64,000 nt of DNA from a virus. The notes under the pieces are model-generated. The model was not told where the DNA came from and did not search any database. It saw nothing but the letters and a program-made list of their open reading frames with translations. Shown here piece by piece: positions 9,663 to 20,258 of this stretch (positions are counted from its first letter, which is position 1; each line of letters starts with the position of its first letter). Both the position numbers and the translations under genes were made by a program. Location: the IMG/VR virus record IMGVR_UViG_3300022074_000013, positions 30,776-94,775 of that record; one strand, written 5' to 3'.

Positions 9663-10529
9663 ATGCCAACTAACGTATTCTTTAACCATGCAGTTCAGAG
9701 TGAACAACATCTATATGAAGATTTAGTTGTTGAATCTCTTAGAATGTATGGACAAGAGACATTCTACTTACCAAGACAGATAGTTGAAACAGATACTATT
9801 TTTGACGAAGACGTGCAGTCCAAATTTGGTGACGCATACTCAGTAGAAATGTACATTGAAAACGCCGAAGGATTTGAGGGCGAAGGCGACCTCATGTCTA
9901 AATTTGGTGTAGAGATACGTGACCAAGCAACATTTGTTTTATCGGTAAGAAGTTGGGAAAGGTTTGTCGCCACAGACCAAAATTTAGCAACTAGTCTTAG
10001 ACCTAACGAAGGAGATTTAATTTATCTTCCTTTATCAGGTTCATTATTTGAAATTAAATTTGTAGAACACGAACAGCCTTTCTATCAAGTAGGTAAACTA
10101 TTTGTATTTAAACTACAGGCAGAACTATTTGAATACGCAGGTGAAGATTTTGATACTGGTTCAGACGCAGACTTTGTTGAGGCAGAACAAGCATACAGAG
10201 TTGACTTGAGAATGACCGCTGATGCATCACCACCAAGTCCATATACTCTTGGTGAAAATGTAACATTAAATGGAACTGTTGTAGGTGAGGTTGTTGGATT
10301 TAGAGCTGACATAGCACCTGGCCAATTAGAAGTAATACACGTAACTACTACATTTAAAGTTGGTGATACTATTGTTGGTGCAAGTTCGGGTACTTCAAGA
10401 GTTATCAATAGTATAGAAGATGTGATATCTATGTCTCAGGACGGAAATGCTCAGAACTTAGACTTTGAAGGTAAAGCAGATAACTATCTAGACTTCTCAG
10501 AAACGAATCCATTTGGTGAGGTTACATAA
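9663..10529 (+). CDS. g14: Neck protein gp14
   Basis: 'EQHLYEDLVVESLRMYG' and 'RPNEGDLIYLP...FEIKFVEHEQPFYQ'. Confidence 0.95.
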   Translation: MPTNVFFNHAVQSEQHLYEDLVVESLRMYGQETFYLPRQIVETDTIFDEDVQSKFGDAYSVEMYIENAEGFEGEGDLMSKFGVEIRDQATFVLSVRSWERFVATDQNLATSLRPNEGDLIYLPLSGSLFEIKFVEHEQPFYQVGKLFVFKLQAELFEYAGEDFDTGSDADFVEAEQAYRVDLRMTADASPPSPYTLGENVTLNGTVVGEVVGFRADIAPGQLEVIHVTTTFKVGDTIVGASSGTSRVINSIEDVISMSQDGNAQNLDFEGKADNYLDFSETNPFGEVT

Positions 10530-11575
10530 TGTTTGGTACACGTTTTTATAACGAAACAATGAAACGAGCAGTTTCAATATTTGGAACTTTGTTCAATAAC
10601 ATTGACGTTGCTGATATTAAAACAGACGGAACTGTTTTGAATATAAGAAAGGTTCCCATAAGTTATGGCCCAAAAGCAAAGTTTCTTGCGAGACTTCAAA
10701 ACGAAACAAATCTGAATGACGGAAACAGAACTGCTATCTCATTACCTAGAATAGCATTTGAAATTTCAGGTATCGAATACGATACGTCTAGACAAAACAA
10801 TAAACTAATTAGAAATACTAAGAATACTCAAGAGACTGATAAAGTCAATCGTAGGTTTCAATATGCACCTGCACCATATAATATAAACTTTACATTGTCT
10901 GTAATGGCAAACAAGATGAATGACGCATTACAGATAGTAGAACAGATACTTCCATATTTTCAACCCGATTACACAGTCACCATGAAAATGATAGACGATA
11001 TGTCTGATAATAGAGACGTTCCTGTCATTTTAAATTCAGTATCGTTTGAAGATACTTATCAAGGTGGTTTCGAGGAAAGACGTACAATTACATATGACTT
11101 AGAATTTCAAATGCAGTTATACTTTTTTGGCCCTGTTTATCAAGGTAAGATTATTAAAAACGTTATCGAAAGAGATTACATTGGTGACGGTAATACAGGA
11201 TTTACATCTTCCGAAATAACTAGCGCAGGTCTTGTAAAAGAAGTTAAAAGTTATGAACCTGCATTTGAAAATAGAACTAACAATGCGGTTTCAAATTCTT
11301 CAACAGTTACATTTACAACAGCACTAGACGCTGATATAAGTGTAGGAGACGAAGTATTTGGAACTGGAAATACAACTAATCCAACTATAAGTAGTATTGC
11401 AACTGATAAACTAAGTATGGTTCTTAGTGCAAATATTACTCTTGACGCAAACAAGAGTTTGAAATTTGTTGGTTCAGTAAATACTAATGATACGTTTGTA
11501 GTAGCGGAAACAGTTTCATTCTATGACGATGGAACAAACAAAACCTACACAGACAACTTAACAGATGATGCATAA
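10529..11575 (+). CDS. g15: Tail sheath stabiliser/terminator gp15 with C-terminal extension
   Basis: 'FGTLFNNI', 'VPISYGPKAKFLARL' and 'QIVEQILPYFQP'. Confidence 0.95.
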   Translation: MFGTRFYNETMKRAVSIFGTLFNNIDVADIKTDGTVLNIRKVPISYGPKAKFLARLQNETNLNDGNRTAISLPRIAFEISGIEYDTSRQNNKLIRNTKNTQETDKVNRRFQYAPAPYNINFTLSVMANKMNDALQIVEQILPYFQPDYTVTMKMIDDMSDNRDVPVILNSVSFEDTYQGGFEERRTITYDLEFQMQLYFFGPVYQGKIIKNVIERDYIGDGNTGFTSSEITSAGLVKEVKSYEPAFENRTNNAVSNSSTVTFTTALDADISVGDEVFGTGNTTNPTISSIATDKLSMVLSANITLDANKSLKFVGSVNTNDTFVVAETVSFYDDGTNKTYTDNLTDDA

Positions 11576-11577
11576 TT

Positions 11578-11991
11578 ATGACAAAAAAAGTAGACGAAAA
11601 GTTAAACGACTTGCTCGATATTAACACCTCTTTAAAAAAAGAAACCAAAGCGGTTCCTGTGATTCGACCTGATAAAGAGCAGAACATAGAGACTGACTAC
11701 AGGTATGCGAGAGAACACCTCTACGACCTCATAGAACGAGGCCAAGACGCAATTGACGGTATCCTAGACCTATCTAAAGAGACAGAACACCCACGTGCCT
11801 ACGAGGTTGCAGGACAGTTAATTAAGACTGTAGGGGAAACTGCAGAGAAACTTATAGACCTTCAAAGTAAAATGAAGAAACTAGAACAAGACGATACTAA
11901 AATCAGAGACCAACATAATCATTTATACGTGGGGTCAACCAGTGAACTACAAAAGTTCCTAAAGAAAAATAATGGTACAAGCGAAGAATGA
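11578..11991 (+). CDS. g16: Terminase small subunit gp16
   Basis: 'DYRYARE', 'HPRAYEVAGQLIK' and 'LYVGSTSELQKFLK'. Confidence 0.95.
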   Translation: MTKKVDEKLNDLLDINTSLKKETKAVPVIRPDKEQNIETDYRYAREHLYDLIERGQDAIDGILDLSKETEHPRAYEVAGQLIKTVGETAEKLIDLQSKMKKLEQDDTKIRDQHNHLYVGSTSELQKFLKKNNGTSEE

Positions 11992-13573
11992 AGGTTATCT
12001 AGGCAACACGCAAATTAAACGTGTTGGTATAGAAACCAAATATACAGAAGAAGAGTTAGCGGAATACATGAAGTGTTCCAAAGACCCATGCCATTTTATT
12101 GAACAATACACACAGATTATCTCTCTTGACGAAGGTATGGTTCCATTCAAACTTCGTGGATATCAGGATAAACTAATTCAACATTACGACAGTAATAGAT
12201 TCAGTGTCGTACTTGCAAGTAGACAGAGTGGTAAATCAATCACCTCATGTGCATATCTATTGTGGTTCTTATTGTTCCACCCCGAAGTAACTGTAGCTGT
12301 ACTTGCAAACAAAGGTGCGATTGCGAGAGAAATGATAGCACGTATCGTAACTATGTTAGAGTCTGTTCCATTTTTCTTACAGCCAGGCGTAAAGATTTTA
12401 AACAAAGGTAATATAGAGTTTGGTAACGATAGTAAGGTTGTTGCAGCTGCAACTTCCAGTAGTAGTATCCGTGGACTCTCAATAAATATGTTGTACCTTG
12501 ATGAGTTTGCATTCGTAGACGATGCAGAGACATTCTATACTGCAACATATCCCGTTATTACATCAGGTAAAGATTCAAAGGTTATTATTACTTCCACTGC
12601 AAACGGTGTGGGTAATATGTTTCATAAAATATACGAGAGTGCAGTACATGGACAATCAGAATACAAAGACTTCACAATTAACTGGTATGACGTGCCAGGC
12701 AGAGACGAAGCATGGAAAGAACAAACAATTGCAAACACCTCAGAAGCACAGTTTGAACAAGAGTACGGAAACTCGTTTTTGGGAACTGGTAACACTCTCA
12801 TTAACTCGAATACTTTACTTGGGTTAAAAGCATATGACCCTGAATGGTCAAAAGAAGAATTCTACATGTATGAAAAACCCATAGAAGGTCACCAATATGT
12901 TATGTGTTGTGACGTTGCGAAAGGGAGAGGTATCGACTTCTCAACGTTTAGTATCTTTGACGTATCTTCTAAACCATTCAAACAAGTTGCGACATTTAGA
13001 AACTCTTTAATATCACCATTATTGTTTCCCGATTTGATTGCAAAGTATGGTAAAGCATATAATGACGCAACTGTTATCATAGAAAACAATAATGAAGGAA
13101 GTATTGTTGCGTCACAATTGCATTATGATTTAGAATATCCTAATGTTTTCGTACAAGGACAACTAAAAGCAGAAGATATTGGTGTAACAATGTCTAGAAA
13201 AATCAAAAGAATTGGTTGTTCTACATTAAAAGAACTATTAGAAGAAGATAGATTGCAATTATTAGACAGATGGACTATCACTGAGCTCATGACTTTTGTA
13301 AATAAGGGTAGAAGCTTTGAGGCTGATAGAGGTTATCATGACGATATGGTAATGACATGTGTACTATTTTCATGGTTTGTAACTACAGATTACTTCTATC
13401 ATTTAACAAATTATCAAGTCAAAGAGTTGTTATATTCTGAACAGCAGAAACTTATTGAAGAGGATATGTTACCTGCAGGGATTTTCGGGGACAGACCGAT
13501 AGAAGAAGAGTCTTTTGTAGATAGTTCAGGGGATAGGTGGTTTGCTGACCCGTTAGACAATATAAAGTTATAA
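11972..13573 (+). CDS. g17: Terminase large subunit gp17
   Basis: Walker A 'SRQSGKS', Walker B 'LYLDEFAF', nuclease motifs 'DVAKGRGIDFS' and 'HDDMVM'. Confidence 0.97.
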   Translation: MVQAKNEGYLGNTQIKRVGIETKYTEEELAEYMKCSKDPCHFIEQYTQIISLDEGMVPFKLRGYQDKLIQHYDSNRFSVVLASRQSGKSITSCAYLLWFLLFHPEVTVAVLANKGAIAREMIARIVTMLESVPFFLQPGVKILNKGNIEFGNDSKVVAAATSSSSIRGLSINMLYLDEFAFVDDAETFYTATYPVITSGKDSKVIITSTANGVGNMFHKIYESAVHGQSEYKDFTINWYDVPGRDEAWKEQTIANTSEAQFEQEYGNSFLGTGNTLINSNTLLGLKAYDPEWSKEEFYMYEKPIEGHQYVMCCDVAKGRGIDFSTFSIFDVSSKPFKQVATFRNSLISPLLFPDLIAKYGKAYNDATVIIENNNEGSIVASQLHYDLEYPNVFVQGQLKAEDIGVTMSRKIKRIGCSTLKELLEEDRLQLLDRWTITELMTFVNKGRSFEADRGYHDDMVMTCVLFSWFVTTDYFYHLTNYQVKELLYSEQQKLIEEDMLPAGIFGDRPIEEESFVDSSGDRWFADPLDNIKL

Positions 13574-13576
13574 ATA
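13569..13576 (+). promoter_or_regulatory. Late promoter TATAAATA
   Basis: Exact consensus upstream of g18. Confidence 0.8.
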
Positions 13577-13615
13577 AAACAGTAAACAACTTTTGACATT
13601 AACAGGAGAAAAAGT

Positions 13616-15646
13616 ATGGCATTTCAAGTATCACCAGGCGTACAGGTTAAAGAGATTGACCTTACAAATGTTGTGCCTGCAGTATCCAGTACAACTGGTG
13701 CTTTCGCAGGGACATTCCAATGGGGCCCTGTTGATGAAGTAGTAACAATTTCAGACCAAAAGGGACTAGTAGAGAATTTTCACGAACCTGCTAACACCAA
13801 CGGAGCTGCAGAGGACTACTATTCAGCTGAAGGATTTTTAAGATATGGTTCTTCTCTAAGAGTAGTTAGAATAAACTCTACAGGATTGTTTAGTGCGAAT
13901 TCAGCTGGACATGGTTCAACGCTAATAAAGAATAGTGACGAATATGTTCAATCTTACCAAAGTGGTGCCTTATCAGGTACAGCAGGAAGGTGGGTAGCCC
14001 GTCACGCAGGAGTTTTAGGAAACTCCTTAAAAGTATCTGTTTGTTCAACAGCAACTGCCTTCGAGACAGACAACGCTGGAACATCTACAGGAAATAACGC
14101 AGTTGGAGCGCTTTCAATAACAGGTGTTGCAAACGCAACTACATTGTTTAGAGTAAGAGATATTATCACATTTGATAATCACTTAGGACAAGAATACAGA
14201 ATTACCGCAAGTTCAGGTACAACTCTTACTATTGAAGCAATTAACCAACCTGCAAACACAGGATTAACAACAGCAGTTGACGGTTCAAGTACACCAGTCA
14301 ATATAAACAGGAAATGGGAGTTCCATTCTTTCTTTGATAAAGCTCCAGGCACTTCCGCATCTGCAGCTGCTGTCGGTGCATCATTAGACGAATGTCACGT
14401 AGTAGTAAGTGACGAAGACGGTGTGTGGAGTGGAACTCAAAACGAAGTTCTAGAAACATTCGGTTTCGTATCACTTGCAAGTGACGCTAAAGACGCTCAA
14501 GGTGCATCAAACTACTACAGAGACGTAATTGAAAGAAAATCAACATACGTATACTGGGCAGGTCACTCTACAGGAGATGACGGTTCACCAGTAACTGGTA
14601 CTCACGATAGTGGTAATGAACACAGAACATTAGCAGAATCTTTATCAGATGGTTTCGGTGTAATGACTCTTCCAGTAAATGACACACTTTCAGGTGGTTC
14701 AAATGGTAGAATGCCAACAGCCGCTGAGAAGTTCGGTGCATGGTCAACACACTTCGGTGACGCTGAAACAGTAGATATCTCATTCTTAATCGTAGGTTCT
14801 TCAAGAACTGATAACGGTTCGGGAACAGAACAAGATATCTTAACAGATTGGACAACTTTAACAAACCAAGCGATTCTTCTTTGTGAATCTAGAAAAGATT
14901 GTATGGCAATCGTATCACCAAGAAAGAATGACGTAGTTGGAGTTTCCTCAGAATCAACACAATCCGCAAATGTAATTGCCTCCGCTAATACTGCAACAAG
15001 TTCTTCTTATTCAGTTATGGATAGTGGTTGGTTATACATTTACGAAAGATATAACGACAAATACTGTTGGATTCCAGGCAATGGACATACTGCAGGTCTA
15101 ATGGCAAGAAGTGACTTATTAAGAGACCCATGGTTCTCACCTGCTGGTTTCTCAAGAGGTCAATACTTAGGTGTAACTAAACTTGCATTTAATCCTTCAC
15201 AATCGTCTAGAGACGACTTATACAGTGCAAGGGTTAACCCAATTGTTACATTCCCAGGCCAAGGAACAGTCCTATTTGGTGACAAAACTATGTTATCAAC
15301 ACCTTCTGCATTCGATAGAATCAATGTAAGAAGATTGTTCATAGTCCTAGAAAAGGCAATCGCAACTGCCGCTAAAGCACAACTCTTTGAATTCAATGAC
15401 GCATTCACAAGAGCACAGTTTAGAGCTGCTGTAGAACCTTTCTTAAGAGACGTGAAGAACAGACGTGGTCTTGTAGATTTCCAAGTATTATGTGACGAAA
15501 CAAACAACACTGATAGTGTTATCGATAGAAATGAATTTGTATGTTCTATCTTCGTTAAACCTAACAGGTCGATTAACTTCATTACATTGAACTTTGTTGC
15601 CGCTAGAAGTGGTGTAGAGTTTAGTGAATTATACGGTGCAGTCTAA
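13616..15646 (+). CDS. g18: Tail sheath protein gp18
   Basis: 'FQVSPGVQVKEIDLT', 'PWFSPAGFSRG' and 'FDRINVRRLF'. Confidence 0.97.
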   Translation: MAFQVSPGVQVKEIDLTNVVPAVSSTTGAFAGTFQWGPVDEVVTISDQKGLVENFHEPANTNGAAEDYYSAEGFLRYGSSLRVVRINSTGLFSANSAGHGSTLIKNSDEYVQSYQSGALSGTAGRWVARHAGVLGNSLKVSVCSTATAFETDNAGTSTGNNAVGALSITGVANATTLFRVRDIITFDNHLGQEYRITASSGTTLTIEAINQPANTGLTTAVDGSSTPVNINRKWEFHSFFDKAPGTSASAAAVGASLDECHVVVSDEDGVWSGTQNEVLETFGFVSLASDAKDAQGASNYYRDVIERKSTYVYWAGHSTGDDGSPVTGTHDSGNEHRTLAESLSDGFGVMTLPVNDTLSGGSNGRMPTAAEKFGAWSTHFGDAETVDISFLIVGSSRTDNGSGTEQDILTDWTTLTNQAILLCESRKDCMAIVSPRKNDVVGVSSESTQSANVIASANTATSSSYSVMDSGWLYIYERYNDKYCWIPGNGHTAGLMARSDLLRDPWFSPAGFSRGQYLGVTKLAFNPSQSSRDDLYSARVNPIVTFPGQGTVLFGDKTMLSTPSAFDRINVRRLFIVLEKAIATAAKAQLFEFNDAFTRAQFRAAVEPFLRDVKNRRGLVDFQVLCDETNNTDSVIDRNEFVCSIFVKPNRSINFITLNFVAARSGVEFSELYGAV

Positions 15647-15657
15647 GGGAGAAATAA

Positions 15658-16155
15658 ATGGCAACAATAGATGAATTTAAAGCGCAACTAATCGCTGGTG
15701 GCCCTAGAGCTAATAGGTTCCGAGTCTTCATACCTAGAACAGGTAATAAGATAGAGTTTCTATGTCAAGCTGCTCAGATTCCCGCTATGACTGTCGGTCA
15801 GGTCACAGTTCCATTCAGAGGAATGAACTTGAAACTTGCTGGAGACAGAACCTTTGAACCATGGGCAGTTACTGTAATCAACGATGTTGAATTCAGTGTA
15901 AGAAATGCCCTAGAATCATGGCAGTTGGATATCAGTCAGTTAGACTCAGGTATCGGTGCGATTAATAACGATTACTTGTTATCACGAGCATTCGTTGAAC
16001 AGTTAAACAAAGATGACTCAGTCCTTGCGAGATACGAATTCTTCAATATGTTCCCTCAAAATATCGGTGGTATTGAACTGAATATGGGAACTGCTGACGA
16101 AGTTGAAACTTTTGAAGTTTCATTTGACTATTCTCACTGGGAAAGAGTTATTTAA
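15658..16155 (+). CDS. g19: Tail tube protein gp19
   Basis: 'RANRFRV' and 'VPFRGMNLKLAGDRTFEPW'. Confidence 0.95.
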   Translation: MATIDEFKAQLIAGGPRANRFRVFIPRTGNKIEFLCQAAQIPAMTVGQVTVPFRGMNLKLAGDRTFEPWAVTVINDVEFSVRNALESWQLDISQLDSGIGAINNDYLLSRAFVEQLNKDDSVLARYEFFNMFPQNIGGIELNMGTADEVETFEVSFDYSHWERVI

Positions 16156-16184
16156 TTAAAGTGAAATACACCCTTTTAGGGGAG

Positions 16185-16192
16185 TATAAATA
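16185..16192 (+). promoter_or_regulatory. Late promoter TATAAATA (leaderless g20 transcript)
   Basis: 5 nt upstream of the g20 ATG. Confidence 0.8.
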
Positions 16193-16197
16193 TTAGT

Positions 16198-17733
16198 ATG
16201 GAAATTTTTGGGTTTGAAATATCCCGTAAAAAGGATGAACTACGAAGCATAGAGGTGTCTAAGGCACCTTCCTTCGTCCCCCCTGTTGAAGATGACGGTA
16301 CACCCGTCATTCAACAACAACCAGGCGGGTTCATATCAGGTGGAGCATATGGTTCCTACATTGATATGGAAGGTGGTATCAAGAATGAGGTTGGTCTCAT
16401 TACAAGATACCGTGAAATATCTCTAATCCCTGAGTGTGACTCAGCGATTGAAGATATTGTTAATGAGTGTATTACATCGGATTCTCAAGACAAGATTGTA
16501 TCACTCGACCTCAGAAACGTAAAACTTTCTGATAGTATCAAAAACAAGATACATGACGAGTTTAATCATATTCTTGCCTTAATGAAGTTCAATCAGAACT
16601 CTCACGAATTATTCCGAAAATGGTACATAGATGGAAGGATATACTTCCATAAGGTCGTTGACGGCAAACGTCCGAAAGCAGGTATTGTAGACCTAAGAAA
16701 CATTGACCCACTTAAAATTAAGAAGGTCAGAAATGTAATCAAAGGTAAATCGGACAAAGCAGGTGTTGACGTAATAAAACAAGTTGAAGAATTTTTTGTC
16801 TTCAACGATAAAGGTTTTGATAAATCTTCAGCGAATGACGGAACGTCCGTGAAGATTGCTCCCGAAGCAGTATCATATACTACATCGGGTTTATTAGACT
16901 ACACAAAGAACGTAGTCATTGGGTATCTTCATAAAGCATTGAAGACTGCAAACCAGTTATCAATGATGGAAGACGCACTAGTTATCTATAGGATATCACG
17001 TGCACCCGAAAGAAGGATTTTCTACATTGACGTAGGTAACCTTCCAAAGGCAAAAGCAGAACAGTATTTGTCTGAGGTTATGAACAAGTATAGAAATAAA
17101 CTTGTTTACAATGCAGACACAGGTGAAATCAAAGATGATAGAAAACATATGTCTATGTTGGAAGATTTTTGGTTACCTAGGAGAGAAGGTGGACGTGGGA
17201 CAGAGATAACAACTTTGCCAGGCGGACAAAATCTCTCGGAGATAGAAGACATTGAATACTTTAAGTCGAAGTTATACAAGAGTTTAAGTATTCCAGCTTC
17301 TAGAATGGAAGCAGACGCAGGATTCAATTTGGGACGTGCGTCCGAAATCCAAAGAGATGAACTTAAGTTTAATAAGTTCACGAATAGACTTCAAAAGAAG
17401 TTTAGTAGAGTATTTGTTGACGTTTTAAGAACTCAATTGATACTAAAAGAAATTGTAAGTGGCGAAGAATTTGACAAAATGGTCAAAGACTTCGTACAGT
17501 TTGATTATGCTAGCGATAACCACTTCGCAGAGTTGAAAGACGCTGAAATTATGCGTGAGAGACTTGAGACTTTATCAACCGTAGACGAGTATGTTGGTAA
17601 GTATTATTCTCAGGAGTTTGTACGTAAGAATATCTTAATGCAAACAGAAGAAGAAATGAAACTTATGGACAAACAAATGGAAGACGAGGGTGGAGACGAA
17701 GAAGGTGGTGACGATGAATTTGGGGGATTTTAA
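16198..17733 (+). CDS. g20: Portal vertex protein gp20
   Basis: 'YRISRAPERRIFYIDVGNLPK' and 'EDFWLPRREGGRGTEITTLPGG'. Confidence 0.98.
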   Translation: MEIFGFEISRKKDELRSIEVSKAPSFVPPVEDDGTPVIQQQPGGFISGGAYGSYIDMEGGIKNEVGLITRYREISLIPECDSAIEDIVNECITSDSQDKIVSLDLRNVKLSDSIKNKIHDEFNHILALMKFNQNSHELFRKWYIDGRIYFHKVVDGKRPKAGIVDLRNIDPLKIKKVRNVIKGKSDKAGVDVIKQVEEFFVFNDKGFDKSSANDGTSVKIAPEAVSYTTSGLLDYTKNVVIGYLHKALKTANQLSMMEDALVIYRISRAPERRIFYIDVGNLPKAKAEQYLSEVMNKYRNKLVYNADTGEIKDDRKHMSMLEDFWLPRREGGRGTEITTLPGGQNLSEIEDIEYFKSKLYKSLSIPASRMEADAGFNLGRASEIQRDELKFNKFTNRLQKKFSRVFVDVLRTQLILKEIVSGEEFDKMVKDFVQFDYASDNHFAELKDAEIMRERLETLSTVDEYVGKYYSQEFVRKNILMQTEEEMKLMDKQMEDEGGDEEGGDDEFGGF

Positions 17734-17736
17734 TAA

Positions 17737-17916
17737 ATGACTGAAATAGCAAAAAAGATAGTTGACGAAATAGAACAAGGTAAGTTGCAAGACGCTAAGG
17801 ATTCTATTTTTGACGGCATTAAAGAGAAAGCTGCCCAAGCAGTGGACATGAAGAGAGTGGAAGCAACGGTTGATTGGATGAAAAATGAACCTGAAGCTAC
17901 AGCAGAGGAAGAGTAA
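17737..17916 (+). CDS. Small acidic prohead core protein (gp67-like), 59 aa; absent from ORF track
   Basis: MTEIAKKIVDEIEQGKLQDAKDSIFDGIKEKAAQAVDMKRVE...; position between g20 and g21. Confidence 0.7.
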   Translation: MTEIAKKIVDEIEQGKLQDAKDSIFDGIKEKAAQAVDMKRVEATVDWMKNEPEATAEEE

Positions 17917-18213
17917 ATGAAATCTTTTGCATCTATATCAAGAGAACTTTATGAGGCGAAATTTAAGTTGCCTAAAAAACATAAAGAACTTAAAGTAGAT
18001 ACAATGAAAACTGGTGGAAAGACCTACAACATTACCTATAGTAAAATGGGTAAAGACATTTACGCATTCGTTAATAATAATGAAACAGGGCCTTACAAGG
18101 ACTTGAAGGACGCAGAAAAATCTGTGAAGGAATTATCCAAACTCTTTAAACAAATGAATTTTGAAGGGGTAACAGAAGAGGAAATTTTCAATGAAATTAA
18201 TTTCAGAGTATAA
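17917..18213 (+). CDS. Prohead core or internal head protein (gp68 position)
   Basis: N-terminus MKSFASISRELYE resembles a capsid-targeting sequence; synteny. Confidence 0.6.
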   Translation: MKSFASISRELYEAKFKLPKKHKELKVDTMKTGGKTYNITYSKMGKDIYAFVNNNETGPYKDLKDAEKSVKELSKLFKQMNFEGVTEEEIFNEINFRV

Positions 18214-18835
18214 CGAAGCAAAACCATTAATCGAATCAAAAGAAAATGGTAAAAAAGATTACTTTATCGAAGGTGTCTTTATGCAAGCAGACATAAAGAA
18301 TCGTAACGGAAGAATCTATCCCAAAGAAATCATGGCAAAAGAAGTCAATCGTTACGTAAAAGAATTCGTAAACGAACAAAGAGCATTCGGTGAGTTAGGA
18401 CACCCCGAAGGGCCAACAATCAATTTAGACAAAGTATCCCACATGATTACCGAACTTCACGAAGACGGTAGTAATTGGGTAGGTAAAGCAAAAATTTTGA
18501 GCACTCCAAATGGTGAGATTGTAAAAAATCTTATCAATGACGGTGCAAAACTAGGTGTCTCTTCAAGAGGACTTGGTTCATTAGAACAAAAATCAGACGC
18601 ACAGTATGTGAAGTCGGACTTTCAACTTGCAACTGCAGGTGATATTGTCGCAGACCCTTCAGCGCCAGATGCCTTCGTAGACGGTATCATGGAAGGTGTT
18701 GAGTGGATTATGGACAATGGAATCCTAAAAAGACAAGAAATGGAGTCTATGAGAGAAGTTTTAAAGAACGAAAAGCAGGTTAGACTTGAAGAAACAAAAA
18801 TTAATTTATGGAAAACGTTCGTTAAGAACTTATAA
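18191..18835 (+). CDS. g21: Prohead protease gp21
   Basis: 'NRNGRIYP', 'GELGHPEGP', 'LGVSSRGLGS' and 'DIVADPSAPDAFV'. Confidence 0.97.
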   Translation: MKLISEYNEAKPLIESKENGKKDYFIEGVFMQADIKNRNGRIYPKEIMAKEVNRYVKEFVNEQRAFGELGHPEGPTINLDKVSHMITELHEDGSNWVGKAKILSTPNGEIVKNLINDGAKLGVSSRGLGSLEQKSDAQYVKSDFQLATAGDIVADPSAPDAFVDGIMEGVEWIMDNGILKRQEMESMREVLKNEKQVRLEETKINLWKTFVKNL

Positions 18836-18837
18836 CA

Positions 18838-18845
18838 TATAAATA
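18838..18845 (+). promoter_or_regulatory. Late promoter TATAAATA
   Basis: Exact consensus upstream of g22. Confidence 0.8.
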
Positions 18846-18873
18846 AAAAAGTAAACTCAAACAGGAGAAAAAT

Positions 18874-20238
18874 ATGGCAGAGTTAGATACAAACCAAGAT
18901 GAGCTATTAGAGGCAGGACAACCTGACGCTAAAGCTGAGAAAGGTGACAAAAACCCGCCTAAGCAAGGTTCAAGTGATTCCGCTAAAATAGAAAGTGGAA
19001 AAGCTGAAGTCGTCAAACCCGAAGAAAATCCTGTTGACAAAGCTGTCGATTCTGTAGATAAAGCAGAAGATGGAGTCAAAGAGATTTCCGCAGACCCACA
19101 ACAAAAGGGTGAAGGGAAACCTGATAAGGCTGAAAAAATCAAAGAAGGCGAAGGCGCTGACGAAGAAGCAGAAGTTTCTGAAGCAGAAGAAAAAGTTCCT
19201 TCCAAGATGGAAACAATCAAAGCTATGGTCAACACAATGAAGGAAATGAATAAAGAAGACCTTCAAGGTATTTTCTCTTCTATTTCAGAAGATGAGGTTG
19301 ACGAGTCTTTGACTAAGGCAGAAATCGCAAGAAACATTGTCGAACTAGTTAAAAAACTAGATGACGAAAAGGTTCAAGAGATGTACGGCAAGATGAAAGG
19401 TGTCGAGGACGAAGAGGAAGAAGACGAAGACAAGAAGATGAAAAAAGAATCTGTTGACGAAGAAACTTCCGAAGAACTCGAATCTAAACTTGTAGAGATT
19501 GAAATTGAAGACGACCTAAATGCAATCTCAGAAGCATTAGACTTGTCAGAAGAGAACCGAGAAAAAGCTAAAACAATCTTTAAAGCTGCAGTATCAAGTA
19601 AAGTTGCAGAAGTTGAAAAAGGATTGAAAGAAGCTTACGAAACAGAATTACAAACCTCAGTAGATAAGGTCAAAGCCGACTTAAGTGAAGCAGTTGACAA
19701 ATACTTGTCTTACGTTGCTGACGAGTGGACGAAAGAAAACGAATTAGCTATCGAGAGAGGTTTGAAAGCTGAAATGACTGAAAACTTTATTTCAGGATTG
19801 AAAACATTGTTCGTAGAACATTATGTTGACGTTCCCGAAGATAAGTATGACGTGATTGATGAGCTTTCTAATCGTCTCGATGAGATGGAAGTTAAACTTG
19901 ACTCCGAAGTTCAAACAAATATGGACATCGCAGAAGAGTTGAACACTCTCAAGAGAGAAAATGTGGTAAGGGATGCGTCTTCGGACTTAACTGAATCACA
20001 GAAAGAGAAATTAGAATCACTTGCAAACGGTGTAGACTTCAATGACGAAGCTGACTTCCAAGAGAAGATTGGTGAAATCAAAGAAGCATACTTCGGTATT
20101 GAAGGTGAATCTATTTCTGAGGATACCGTAGTTGAAGAAGGAACTGGAACGCTTGAAGATGAAAACTCTTCACCTGTTATAGACCCTTCCCTTCAAAGGT
20201 ATTCTGACGCAATTAGTAAACTAAAACCATTAGGTTAA
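18874..20238 (+). CDS. g22: Prohead scaffold gp22
   Basis: Acidic coiled coil with 'YLSYVADEWTKENELAIERGLK' and 'FVEHYVDVPEDK'. Confidence 0.95.
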   Translation: MAELDTNQDELLEAGQPDAKAEKGDKNPPKQGSSDSAKIESGKAEVVKPEENPVDKAVDSVDKAEDGVKEISADPQQKGEGKPDKAEKIKEGEGADEEAEVSEAEEKVPSKMETIKAMVNTMKEMNKEDLQGIFSSISEDEVDESLTKAEIARNIVELVKKLDDEKVQEMYGKMKGVEDEEEEDEDKKMKKESVDEETSEELESKLVEIEIEDDLNAISEALDLSEENREKAKTIFKAAVSSKVAEVEKGLKEAYETELQTSVDKVKADLSEAVDKYLSYVADEWTKENELAIERGLKAEMTENFISGLKTLFVEHYVDVPEDKYDVIDELSNRLDEMEVKLDSEVQTNMDIAEELNTLKRENVVRDASSDLTESQKEKLESLANGVDFNDEADFQEKIGEIKEAYFGIEGESISEDTVVEEGTGTLEDENSSPVIDPSLQRYSDAISKLKPLG

Positions 20239-20258
20239 TTTAAAGGAGATTAAAAACA